Shown here piece by piece: positions 27,301-36,700 of a stretch of DNA of 64,000 bases. The translations under genes and the position numbers were made by a program. The DNA lies in IMG/VR virus record IMGVR_UViG_3300025390_000006; one strand, 5' to 3'. Each line of letters starts with the position of its first letter. Positions within the stretch are counted from its first letter, which is position 1. The notes below the pieces were generated by a model that was given only the letters and a program-made list of their open reading frames with translations, was not told the origin of the DNA and made no database searches. This DNA is from an uncultured virus (IMG/VR IMGVR_UViG_3300025390_000006). Taxonomy: Duplodnaviria > Heunggongvirae > Uroviricota > Caudoviricetes.

Positions 27301-28649
27301 CCGCCCGTGGAACTGCCGCATCTCCAACAGCATCGCAATCTGGCGATACAATTGCCCAGTTTACTGGTCGCGGTTATGGTGCAACTGGTTTTGGCGCCGC
27401 ATCTACAGGTCGTTTTGATATAACGGCAGCGGAAAACTTCACGGATACGGCGCAGGGAACGTATGCGTCTGTGTTCACAACCGCTACGGGCAGTAACTCA
27501 TCAACGGAAGCTTTCCGATTCGGCCCCGCTGGTCAATTTGGTATTGGCGCTGGAACATATGGCACATCTGGTCAATTCCTAACTTCTGGCGGCGCTTCCG
27601 CTGCCCCTTCTTGGACAACCGTTACGCTTGCAACCCTTTCCGGCGTTGTTCCTGTTGCAAGTGGCGGTACGAACATTACGTCCTATACAACGGGCGATTT
27701 ACTTTATGCTTCCGGCGCTACAACGCTTTCTAAATTGGCGGATGTAGCTACAGGTTCGGTGTTGGTTTCTGGCGGTGTTGGTGTTGCCCCAGCTTGGTCC
27801 AGCACTCCAAGTATCGGTACGCTAACCGTTACATCAACATCATCTAACGCTTTAGCGGTTGGTCCATCTGGCGCAACCAACCCATCTTTTAACGTAGATG
27901 CTTCAACCGCATCGGCTGTTACCGGGTTTAACGTAAAATCCGCCGCTGTTGGTAACGGTCTTGCTTTATCGGTTACATCATCCGGTGCAAACGAAAACTT
28001 AACTATTAACGCCAAGGGTACGGGTACAATTTCTATTGGAAACGTATCTACTGGCGCAGTTACAATTAGCACATTAAACTTAACCAATGCGTTAACAGTT
28101 GGTAACGGTGGTACGGGCGCTACGACTTTTACCGCTAACGGCGTTATCTACGGCAATACGACAAGCGCATTGGGAGTAACCGCTGCTGGTACGACTGGTC
28201 AGGTATTGATCGGTAATACGGGGGCCGCGCCTTCTTGGTCAGCCGCAACATCTGTGGCTGTCACGTCTATTAACTTTGGAACAACGGGTTTAACGCCGTC
28301 TTCCGCGACTCAGGGCGCAGTAACGGTTGCGGGTACATTAGCGACAACTAACGGCGGTACGGGATTAACCACATTTACCGCCGCAAATAATGCTATTTAC
28401 AGCACATCTTCCTCCGCACTAACCGCAGGTACATTGCCTGTGGCGGCGGGCGGTACGCAACTTTCAACCGCCCCTACAAATGGTCAATTACTGGTTGGTA
28501 ACGGGTCAACATATACACTTGCAACAATTACCGCTGGTACTGGCATTTCCGTTACTAACGGGTCTGGTTCCATTACAATCGCTGCTACTGGATCATCAAC
28601 TTCAATTGGCCTATCAAGGGCTATATCCACCAACTATATCTTGCCATAA
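24369..28649 (+). CDS. Long tail fibre-like protein with GTLPVxxGGTG repeats
   Basis: 1426 aa, Gly/Thr/Ser-rich; internal duplications; RVLVKNQ..NGIYVV..LTRSTD domain. Confidence 0.75.
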   Translation: MSNISISNLPSTTAATANNQIPAVQNGTTVYLTVGQIAQYTQQTYPNNGITSITVQSPLSGGTITSTGTIGLPTGSLSNSYLANMPANTIKGNNTGVSSAPTDLTVAQTMSLLGAAPLASPAFTGVPTAPTPATSDSSTTLATTAYVKAQGFGGGSVTSITAGTGLSGGTITTSGTIAISSTGVTAGTYGSASVVPQFTVNAQGQITSASNVNILIPSGQVTGLGTMATQNANSVAITGGSINQTTIGASTPSSGSFTNLTANGTTNLATIATGTWNGTAISIGYGGTGATTAPGARTALGVASSGANSDITSITGLTTPLAETQGGTGYGSYTTGDLLYASSSSTLARLNDVATGNALISGGVGVAPSWGKIGLTTHVSGTLGTANGGTGLTSFTSGGALYATSTSALTSGTLPVTAGGTGVTTSTGTGSVVLSNSPTLVTPALGTPSAAVLTNATGLPLTTGVTGTLPVSNGGTGATTLTGYLVGNGTSAFTAVSTIPNAGLTNSSITIGSTAISLGGSTSTISGLTTLTLTQDPTSALQASTKQYVDNTVSTVANTTYHTASGYATTADLGTVTYNNGTAGVGATITNAGTQAALTIDGYTFTATDVTNSTRVLVKNQSSGLQNGIYVVTNQGSGSTNWVLTRSTDFNAVGTGPNFIETGAAVYVSNGTTNGATSWTMTTTGTITVGSTALVWSQISSSGNIQVSAPITKTGNTIGLGTVGVGNGGTGLTTLTAYGLLYAPSTSSVGQISPSATTGYALLSNGSSAAASFGQVSLTAGVTGTLPTANGGTNLTTFTAANNAIYSTSASALTAGTLPVLAGGTGVTTSTGTGSVVLSTSPTLVTPALGTPSAAVLTNATGLPLTTGVTGTLGVTNGGTGTTTTFTAGSVVFSGASGVYSQNNSKFFWDNTNFRLGLNTVAPNTTLTVLSNSQTATPPTTGLPAGTDIYIMGANAANTRITQDAYGTGAYGVYTARSARGTAASPTASQSGDTIAQFTGRGYGATGFGAASTGRFDITAAENFTDTAQGTYASVFTTATGSNSSTEAFRFGPAGQFGIGAGTYGTSGQFLTSGGASAAPSWTTVTLATLSGVVPVASGGTNITSYTTGDLLYASGATTLSKLADVATGSVLVSGGVGVAPAWSSTPSIGTLTVTSTSSNALAVGPSGATNPSFNVDASTASAVTGFNVKSAAVGNGLALSVTSSGANENLTINAKGTGTISIGNVSTGAVTISTLNLTNALTVGNGGTGATTFTANGVIYGNTTSALGVTAAGTTGQVLIGNTGAAPSWSAATSVAVTSINFGTTGLTPSSATQGAVTVAGTLATTNGGTGLTTFTAANNAIYSTSSSALTAGTLPVAAGGTQLSTAPTNGQLLVGNGSTYTLATITAGTGISVTNGSGSITIAATGSSTSIGLSRAISTNYILP

Positions 28650-28661
28650 GAGGACACTACA

Positions 28662-29099
28662 ATGGCCGCTAATACCGCACCAATTTTCTCCATCGCAGGT
28701 CACGTTGAATCTGTTGCGTCGGACAACTCAGGTCTTGTTGTCGGTCCTACCGCTAACACGGCTCAGGACGGATCTGGTACGCTGTACAAAGCATTTACCG
28801 CTGGCGCTAACGGATCTTTCCTTCAAAAGATCAGATTCCGCCCGGTCGGTTCCCCAGCCGCAACGGTCTGCCGCGTATTTATTTCGTCCAGTTCTTCAAC
28901 CAGTGCAACCAACACATGGTTGTATGACGAAATTACGCTCCCAGCCGTTACGGTTTCCCAAACTGCCGCATCCAGCGTATTTGAGCTTCCGCTTAACTTT
29001 GCTTTAAACGCCAACTATCTTCTGTATGTAACTTTTGGTACGTCAACGGGTTCCTCGGGTACGGGTTATTCCGTTGTAACAGTTGCGGGGGATTATTAA
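28662..29099 (+). CDS. Tail-associated protein
   Basis: Follows the fibre; beta-rich. Confidence 0.6.
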   Translation: MAANTAPIFSIAGHVESVASDNSGLVVGPTANTAQDGSGTLYKAFTAGANGSFLQKIRFRPVGSPAATVCRVFISSSSSTSATNTWLYDEITLPAVTVSQTAASSVFELPLNFALNANYLLYVTFGTSTGSSGTGYSVVTVAGDY

Positions 29100-29100
29100 T

Positions 29101-29292
29101 ATGTGGAGAGAAACGGATACGTGGTTCAAAGTTCAATTTGTAGATGGTTCATTTGGTTATGACCATTTGGATGCGAACGGAAACCACATTGGCCTGTTCA
29201 AAGAAGATGGGACGCAGATTGGTGACGGTGTTGCCGTGGAATACACCTGCGTTGACGATAATTCCCCCGTTCCTTATTGGTGGGGAAAATAA
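29101..29292 (+). CDS. Small tail-associated protein
   Basis: Coupled ORF. Confidence 0.55.
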   Translation: MWRETDTWFKVQFVDGSFGYDHLDANGNHIGLFKEDGTQIGDGVAVEYTCVDDNSPVPYWWGK

Positions 29293-29969
29293 TGTTCGTT
29301 CGGCAAACCCAACAACAGTTTCGCAACAGCAATGCTGATGTGCAGTTTTTCTACGGCGATGGAAGCCAAAGAAGCTGGGTAAAACCTGTTGGGGTTAGCC
29401 AAATTTATATGATGCTAATTGGCGGTGGTGCTGGGGGTAATGCTGGCACTAATGGAGGCGGGTCTGGCGCTGTCACGACTTGGTTTGGTCCCGCGCAAAA
29501 TGTTCCAAATAATTTAATAATTTCCGCAAGTGCGTCTGCCGCAGCCGGGGCAAGTGGCGGTACCACTTATGTGTATTATCAAACTTCTTCCTCTACTTTA
29601 GTCGCGTTATTATCTGCCAATGGTGGGCTTACTGGAAGCGGTGGCGGGACAGCAATGACCGCCAATCAATTTTCAAATATGGGGTTATTTCAATCCGTTG
29701 CTGGTCAAGCAGGTTCAACAAGTGCAAATACCGCTGCTTCCGCAACTACTTTTTTGAGTGGTGGTTCTGGGTCTTCTCAGACTAACGGTAATTATGGATA
29801 TTTAACCACCACAAATGGATTCCTTCAATTACAGCCAATTATAGTCGGCGTAGCGGGTAACACCGCTACAGTTGATACTGTTTTAACCGGAGCGGGTTGT
29901 GGAGGAGCGCAAGGTGTAACAACTGGATGCAAGGGCGGACAGGGCCTTGTAATCATAGCATCGCGGTGA
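29292..29969 (+). CDS. Glycine-rich tail protein, paralog 1
   Basis: WVKPxGV..IGGGAGG..GGGSG; TTFLSGG. Confidence 0.7.
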   Translation: MFVRQTQQQFRNSNADVQFFYGDGSQRSWVKPVGVSQIYMMLIGGGAGGNAGTNGGGSGAVTTWFGPAQNVPNNLIISASASAAAGASGGTTYVYYQTSSSTLVALLSANGGLTGSGGGTAMTANQFSNMGLFQSVAGQAGSTSANTAASATTFLSGGSGSSQTNGNYGYLTTTNGFLQLQPIIVGVAGNTATVDTVLTGAGCGGAQGVTTGCKGGQGLVIIASR

Positions 29970-29973
29970 AAAC

Positions 29974-30630
29974 ATGACATTTCCTTTCAATTACCCGACC
30001 CCCACAAATTGCAATGTTCAGACATTTTCCGTGCCTTCTTCTGGTACAGTTTATGAAGGTTCTTGGGTAAAACCTATTGGCGTATCATTTGTTTGGTTTA
30101 CTTTGATTGGCGCAGGTGGCGGTGGCGATTCAGGTACTACTGGCGGTGGGTCAGGATCTGTTACAAATTGTTTAGTTCCCGCTTTTTTAGTTCCAGATGA
30201 GTTAACAGTTTGGGTTGGTAAGGGCGGTATTAATGCGGCTAATGGAACCAGCACAGTTGTTAATTTTCGCAATAAAACCACTTACACCCTTCTTACAGCA
30301 GGTCCCGGAAGCACTGGCGGCGCAACAAACGGTGCATCCACATCAAATTATTTTTCTTGCATGGGATTTTTTCAATCGGTTGACGGCCAAACTGGTTCAA
30401 CTGGGGCGCAGACAGCCTCATCAACAACATTTTTATCTGGCGGCGCAGGTGCCACCTCAACAACCTCAAATTACGGTTATAGCACTACAACAAATGGATT
30501 TTTTCAAACTCAACCTATTATTGTCGGCGTAAGTGGCGCAACGGCAACAGCTTACAAGGGTGGAATAGGTTGTGGCGGTAGCTCAAATGGCATTGGCGGT
30601 GATGGCCTTTGCGTTATAATTTCATGGTGA
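29974..30630 (+). CDS. Glycine-rich tail protein, paralog 2
   Basis: Same motifs as paralog 1. Confidence 0.7.
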   Translation: MTFPFNYPTPTNCNVQTFSVPSSGTVYEGSWVKPIGVSFVWFTLIGAGGGGDSGTTGGGSGSVTNCLVPAFLVPDELTVWVGKGGINAANGTSTVVNFRNKTTYTLLTAGPGSTGGATNGASTSNYFSCMGFFQSVDGQTGSTGAQTASSTTFLSGGAGATSTTSNYGYSTTTNGFFQTQPIIVGVSGATATAYKGGIGCGGSSNGIGGDGLCVIISW

Positions 30631-30634
30631 AATC

Positions 30635-31444
30635 ATGTTAGATGTTTTTAATACGATTCAGCCACTAAGTTCTAACTACCAAGAGTTTTATGGTGGCGGC
30701 ACGACCATTGACTGGGTAAAACCCCGTGGCGTTGCTATGGCGCGTATTTTAATCATCGGCGCAGGTGGTGGCGGCGGTGGTGCTGGCGGGTCAGCAACAG
30801 GCGGTGGGGGATCTGGCGCTTTTACGGCTTGGATAGGACCAGCAATATTTATCCCAGATGTGCTGCAAGTATCTATTGGTGCTGGCGGAACAGGTGGAGC
30901 GGCCAATTCAACAGGTGTAGCAGGTGGGACTACATCAATTATTTACCAAGCTAAAACTGGCTCAGGATATACACTTTTAACGGCGAATGGCGGCAGTGCT
31001 GGAACAAATGCCGCAGGTGGCGCAGGTGGCACCGCAATGACCAATAACTATTTTGGCGCTGCTGGTATTTTTAACTCCATTGCGGGTCAGGCGGGGGTTG
31101 CTGGCGCGGCTCAAACGGCCTCAACAACAACATTTTTGTCCGGCGGCGCAGGTTCAAATGCCAATACAAGCAATGCTGGGTATGCTGTTGCAATCAATTA
31201 TAATTATCCAACCATATCTGGCGGCGCGACATCTGGCGGCGCTGGGGGTAATGGTTTCTTTATTACGCAACCTACTATGCTTGGGGCAGGCGGGGCTGGC
31301 GGTGGCGGAAACGCTTCAGGTATAGGCGGTGCTGGGGGAAAAGGCGGCATTGGTTGCGGAGGCGGCGGTGGTGGTAGGGGTAGCACTACAGGGGGCGCAG
31401 GTGGTCCCGGCGGTGATGGCGCTGCATTTATTTGGTCTTGGTAA
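30635..31444 (+). CDS. Glycine-rich tail protein, paralog 3
   Basis: Same motifs as paralog 1. Confidence 0.7.
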   Translation: MLDVFNTIQPLSSNYQEFYGGGTTIDWVKPRGVAMARILIIGAGGGGGGAGGSATGGGGSGAFTAWIGPAIFIPDVLQVSIGAGGTGGAANSTGVAGGTTSIIYQAKTGSGYTLLTANGGSAGTNAAGGAGGTAMTNNYFGAAGIFNSIAGQAGVAGAAQTASTTTFLSGGAGSNANTSNAGYAVAINYNYPTISGGATSGGAGGNGFFITQPTMLGAGGAGGGGNASGIGGAGGKGGIGCGGGGGGRGSTTGGAGGPGGDGAAFIWSW

Positions 31445-31455
31445 GGGAAAGTATC

Positions 31456-31680
31456 ATGGATACGCAGACGATGATTAATCTACTTGGTGGCGCTGCATTA
31501 TCCGTAGTAGGATGGCTTGCCCGCGAATTATGGGGCGCTGTTAAGGAACTTCGGAAAGATCTTCATATTTTAGAAGTTAACACAGTCCCCAGATCGGAAT
31601 TTGTAGAAAACATTCGGCATATAGAAGATATTTGCCGTCAGATTTTTGATAAAATAGATGCGTTTCGGTCTGAAAGGTAA
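31456..31680 (+). CDS. Small N-terminal TM + coiled-coil protein
   Basis: Hydrophobic N-terminus followed by a helical region. Confidence 0.6.
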   Translation: MDTQTMINLLGGAALSVVGWLARELWGAVKELRKDLHILEVNTVPRSEFVENIRHIEDICRQIFDKIDAFRSER

Positions 31681-31687
31681 ATGAGTC

Positions 31688-32770
31688 ATGGTTACATATA
31701 CGACAAATAAAGCACTTCAGGAACCGGATGCCAATTCATCCTCTTGGAACGTTCCGTTAAACTCCAATTTTGTGGCTATTGATGCCGCATTTGGGACTAC
31801 AACTACGTCTACATTAAGTGGAACCACTTATAATCTTTCCACTTCGGAAATTGCAAACTTTCGCATTTATTTAAATGGAAGCCCCGGTGCGGGCGTAAAC
31901 GTTGTTATCCCAATCACAAACTCAGCGGGCAGTAGTGTTGGTGGATATTGGGTTTTTGAAAATCAAATTACGACGACTCAAACCATTACAATATCCAATG
32001 CTTTTGGCGGCAATACGGTTGTTATCCCCAAAGGATATCGCATTGTACTATTTTCCGACCCAACATCCGGTGTTTGGATTGCAAATGATGGGGTCATTCG
32101 CGGTAATTATGCGGGAACATTCAGCACCCTATCTACGTCGGGAAACGTAAGTATTGGTACGGCCACTTCAGTTAGCCGATTGTTTATTCCCGCATCAGCC
32201 AGCAACACTTCTGATATTCGATATTCATCAGCTTCACTAACTGGCAATGCTACCTCTTATTTGGGAATAGGGGCTTCAAGTGCTACCAACATAATAACTG
32301 CGCTTGATAGCGGGAACGTCAATAATAATTTTTCTTTTAATACAAGTTCAAGTGCTTTTCCCGGAACGCCGCGACTAAAAATAGATAACGCCGGGAACGT
32401 TCTTGCTGTTAGTAAGGGGTCAAGTGCTGGCTTGGGTTATGGAACAGGCGCTGGGTCTACGGTAACTCAAACAACAAGTCTTACAACGTCTGTGACAATT
32501 AATGCCCCAACAGGTGTCATTAATACGTATAATGCATTTTGGAACAATTATACGGTTTCTAATCCCGCATCCTTTACGGTCAGCAATACATCCGTGAACA
32601 CAAATGACACGGTTGTTTTATCTATTGGTTCGGGTCTTTCTAATACATATGCGTATTTTGTATCTGGGGTGTCTACTTCGACTTTTGTAGTTACAATTTA
32701 CGCCCTAAAGGGAACTGTACAAGAATCTGTTATCATTAACTTTGGCCTTATTAAAGGGGCATCTTCATAA
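31688..32770 (+). CDS. Tail fibre/spike protein
   Basis: WNVPLNSNF..ID attachment-type N-terminus; GLGYGTGAGSTVTQ..TTSVTINAPTG C-terminus. Confidence 0.65.
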   Translation: MVTYTTNKALQEPDANSSSWNVPLNSNFVAIDAAFGTTTTSTLSGTTYNLSTSEIANFRIYLNGSPGAGVNVVIPITNSAGSSVGGYWVFENQITTTQTITISNAFGGNTVVIPKGYRIVLFSDPTSGVWIANDGVIRGNYAGTFSTLSTSGNVSIGTATSVSRLFIPASASNTSDIRYSSASLTGNATSYLGIGASSATNIITALDSGNVNNNFSFNTSSSAFPGTPRLKIDNAGNVLAVSKGSSAGLGYGTGAGSTVTQTTSLTTSVTINAPTGVINTYNAFWNNYTVSNPASFTVSNTSVNTNDTVVLSIGSGLSNTYAYFVSGVSTSTFVVTIYALKGTVQESVIINFGLIKGASS

Positions 32771-32855
32771 CCAATTCATAGACTTTGCCAAAGGTTTATG
32801 GCATTAAATTAATGTGTCGCGCCGACATATTTCAATTGAAGACAGGGAAATACAA

Positions 32856-33044
32856 ATGAACGACGTGCAAGTTGATCTAAAATTGTCTCTTCAACAAGTA
32901 AACGCAATCCTTTTGCTGGTTTCACGGGGAGCCTATGCGGAAGTTGCAGATTTAATTGCGGAAATCCGTAGGCAGGTAGAACCACAGTTTGAGGCGGCTC
33001 AGGCGGCGGCTCCTGTTGAAGTGGTTAACGCGCCAGCACAGTAA
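32856..33044 (+). CDS. Small hypothetical protein (possible fibre chaperone)
   Basis: VNAIL..AYAEVADLIAEIRRQ. Confidence 0.55.
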   Translation: MNDVQVDLKLSLQQVNAILLLVSRGAYAEVADLIAEIRRQVEPQFEAAQAAAPVEVVNAPAQ

Positions 33045-33067
33045 TACTATGCCTATAGGGGGCGACC

Positions 33068-33784
33068 GTGGCTTTATCATACAGTGACTATGTAACACAG
33101 CTTGCTACGCTTGCAGTCGTCCCCGCCACTGATCCATACTTCTTGACTATTCTTCCAGATGCAATTTCTTATGCGGAATTGCGGATTCAAAGGGATTTGG
33201 ACCTTTTAGCGACTGTTGTATCTGATACATCGTCGTATTCAACGACCGCGTCTCAGGGATATGTCAACATTCTCCCATCGCAGTTTATTTCCGTCCAAAC
33301 GGTATCTGTGACGACCCCATCTTCTGCCGTGTTTCCATTGGTTAACGTTTCCAAAGAATACATTCAGAATGTGTTTAATGGCAACACTACGGGAACCCCA
33401 ACGTATTTTGCAATGTACGGATCTGGTACGGACACTACCGGATTGAACAACATAACCATTCTTTTGGGGCCAATACCAGATGCAACCTACCCGCTTACAA
33501 TAACGGGTACGGAAAGATTTGCGACATTAAGTGCGTCCAACACGCCTACGTATATAAGCACTTACTTCCCCGACCTATTCCTTATAGCGTCGATGATTTA
33601 TGTCTCCGCCTATCAACGGAATTTCGGTAAGTTGAACGATGACCCACAGATGGCGGTTACGTATGAAAGCCAATACCAAGCGCTTCTGAAGGGTGCAACG
33701 GTTGAAGAATACAGGAAGAAGTTTGAAGGACCCGCTTGGTCTTCGCGCTCCCCATCGCCTATTGCCACCCCTCCACGGAGTTAA
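33068..33784 (+). CDS. Putative tail adaptor (tubular protein)
   Basis: AELRIQRDL, GTPTYFA, LGPIPDATY, TYISTYFPDL..S; precedes the nozzle. Confidence 0.7.
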   Translation: MALSYSDYVTQLATLAVVPATDPYFLTILPDAISYAELRIQRDLDLLATVVSDTSSYSTTASQGYVNILPSQFISVQTVSVTTPSSAVFPLVNVSKEYIQNVFNGNTTGTPTYFAMYGSGTDTTGLNNITILLGPIPDATYPLTITGTERFATLSASNTPTYISTYFPDLFLIASMIYVSAYQRNFGKLNDDPQMAVTYESQYQALLKGATVEEYRKKFEGPAWSSRSPSPIATPPRS

Positions 33785-33787
33785 CCT

Positions 33788-36700
33788 ATGCCCCGTGCAG
33801 AACTTAAACTTGTCCCCGGCGTTGACTTAATAAAGACGCTGAATTTGAACGAATCCGCTATTTCGGATACGAACCAGATTCGGTTTCTCCCCGACCGGAA
33901 CCAACTTGGACTGGCCCAAAAAATGGGCGGATGGCAGCCATATTATAACGCCGCCATATCGTCCACTGTCCGGTCAATGAAGGCGTACAATGATTTAAAC
34001 AACTTAAATCATCTTGCTTTGGGTTGCGTTGGGCCAAGCCCCGGAACAAATGCGTATGGGTCATTGCAGATCCTTACAAACGGTACCTTAACGGATGTTA
34101 CCCCGCAATTCCGGGCTAATTATGCTGCTAACGCTACATCTACATTAAGTACAATTAGTTACGTTATTCAAAACACTGGAACGACCAATTTTACGTCTAT
34201 TGGTTCGTCGTCCAACGACCTTTATACCTACTTCACCGCGACGGGGGCGGGTACAGGTACGGGTACGGCTATTCCAGTAATTAAGATATCTACAACTGCG
34301 GGTAGCAATATTGTAACGATTGTAGATACGGAAATACCCGCAATTGTTGGCGACTTTATTGAATTTAAAGAACCAATATCACTTGGTGGTACAGTTTTCC
34401 AAGGGCCGTATGCTGTATCAAGCGCAAATGGCACGACGTATACAATACAAATTGCAACTACGGCCACAAAGCCTGAAACCAATTTTTTATTCACCAATGC
34501 TTCCGCCCTTTTTAATGGTAGTAGCAGCGCAGCGGTATTAACGGTTACAGCTATTACCAGTGGGACATTGAGCGCTGGTCAGTTGATTAGCAGTTCTAAT
34601 ACAACGGCTGGAACTCTTATCGTTTCGCAATTAACCAGCAGTGCAGCAGCGGTTGTTACAAAAACCTATTCCAGCGGTGGTGCTGTCGGGACAAATACCG
34701 TTACATTCGCAAACGTTACAAGCATTGCTGTTGGGCAATTGGTGTCCGGCACAGGCATTCCTAATGGCACGTTTGTTGGATCTATTTCCAGCAATACCAT
34801 TACGTTGGTAACCGTTACGGGAACCGCAAGCAATTTCACGGTTCAAGCGGCTGGAACTTATAGTTTTTATACTGCGGGCGGCGTTGGAACATATTCTATT
34901 TCAATATCCCAAACGTCTTCCGGCGGTTATGCCGCTACTTTAGAACAATATCGCACCTACGTCATTCAAACTCCGGGAACGACAGTTTGGACATCTAACG
35001 GGGCGGCATCCAGTTTAACGGGAACCGTATTTTTGTCTACGATTGCCGTGGCGACTGCTGGGGCTTTTGTTGTTGGCAGCACATATGAAATTATAACAGC
35101 CGGAACTACGGATTTTACATTAATTGGAGCCGCTAATAGCACTCCGGGAACTATTTTTGTAGCTACAGGGGTTGGTACTGGAACAGGTACAGCAACGACG
35201 TATACTGGCACAGGAACCGCCAGATTATTGGGCGTGCCCGCATATTATATAGCTCCGGGTAGCCAAACGGTTACTGTTTACCTTGATAACCACACATATA
35301 CCGTTGGCAGTGATTATTATATTGCGGACCCAGTAACGGTAAACAACGTTACTTTGGCGGGGTCTTTTACAGTTACGGCGGTAGGATCAAACCAAACAGC
35401 CCCTACATTTACAATCCAAGCACCTAACGTTGTTGCATCCGCGACAGCCGCTGGTTCATTTGTTATTGGTCAGCAATACAAAATTCAATCGGTTGGTACT
35501 ACGGATTTTACCGCGATTGGCGCATCCGCCAATACGGTTGGTGTTATTTTCGCCGCTACTGGCGTTGGATCTGGTACGGGTACGGCTTATACCCCCAATC
35601 CAGTCCCTGCAAATTCCGGTATGCCCAATACCAACTTTTACATTTCTCCATTACCAACGTCTCAATCAGGGGGGTATGGTTCTGGCGGATATGGCGTTGG
35701 TGGATACGGAACGGGTACAGGCGCTATAACAAATGCTGGGTCTTTTATTGTTGGGACTCAATATCAAATTCTTACGGTTGGAACCACTGACTTTACATTG
35801 ATTGGGGCGTCTTCTAACACAGTGGGCGTTATTTTTACCGCTACTGGCGTTGGTAGCGGGACGGGTACAGCAACCAGTTACAATGCGGGCTACCAGATCA
35901 ACGCTACTGACTGGTCTTTGGATAACTTTGGGCAGATTCTTGTCGCATGCCCCGCTGGCGGCCCTGTTTATACGTATGCGTTTAACACAGCCTCCGCCAA
36001 TGCTAACTTACCAAGCATCCAAGCACCGCTTCTTAATGATGGCGCGTTTGTCGCAATGCCACAACGCCAAATTGTTGCATGGGGTTCTTCATTTGGGTTA
36101 GAACAAGACCCGCTTCTTCTTCGCTGGTCAGATGTTCAAGATTCCACCACTTGGGTTGGAACCGCACTTAATCAAGCGGGTAGCTTCCGCATCCCAACGG
36201 GCAATAAAATTGTAACCTGTATCCAAGGTCCGCAACAGGCGTTTATCTGGACGGATATTGACTGCTGGGCGATGCAGTATGTTGGTGCGCCTCTTGTTTA
36301 TGGATTTAACAAGATTGGATCAAATTGCGGTGCTATTTCGCGCAAATCGGTCGGCCAATATCTAAATAACATATATTGGATGAGCCAAAAGCAGTTTTTC
36401 GTAAACCGTGGTAATGGGCCGGAAGTTCTCCCATGCCCCGCTTGGGACTTTGTTTTCCAAACGCTCAATACGGGCGGCGGGGTTAACGTATCCCCTTCAT
36501 CCCTTATTCCGGGCAAAACATATGTTATAACATCTCTTGGAACAACGGATTTTACGACCGTTGGTGCGACGACAAACGTAGTGGGATTAACATTTGTCGC
36601 TACCGCTACGGGAACGGGGTCTGGAACGGCTTATCTCCCACCATACACAAATAACATTCGTTGCGCGATAAATTCGCAATTTAACGAAATTATTTGGTAT

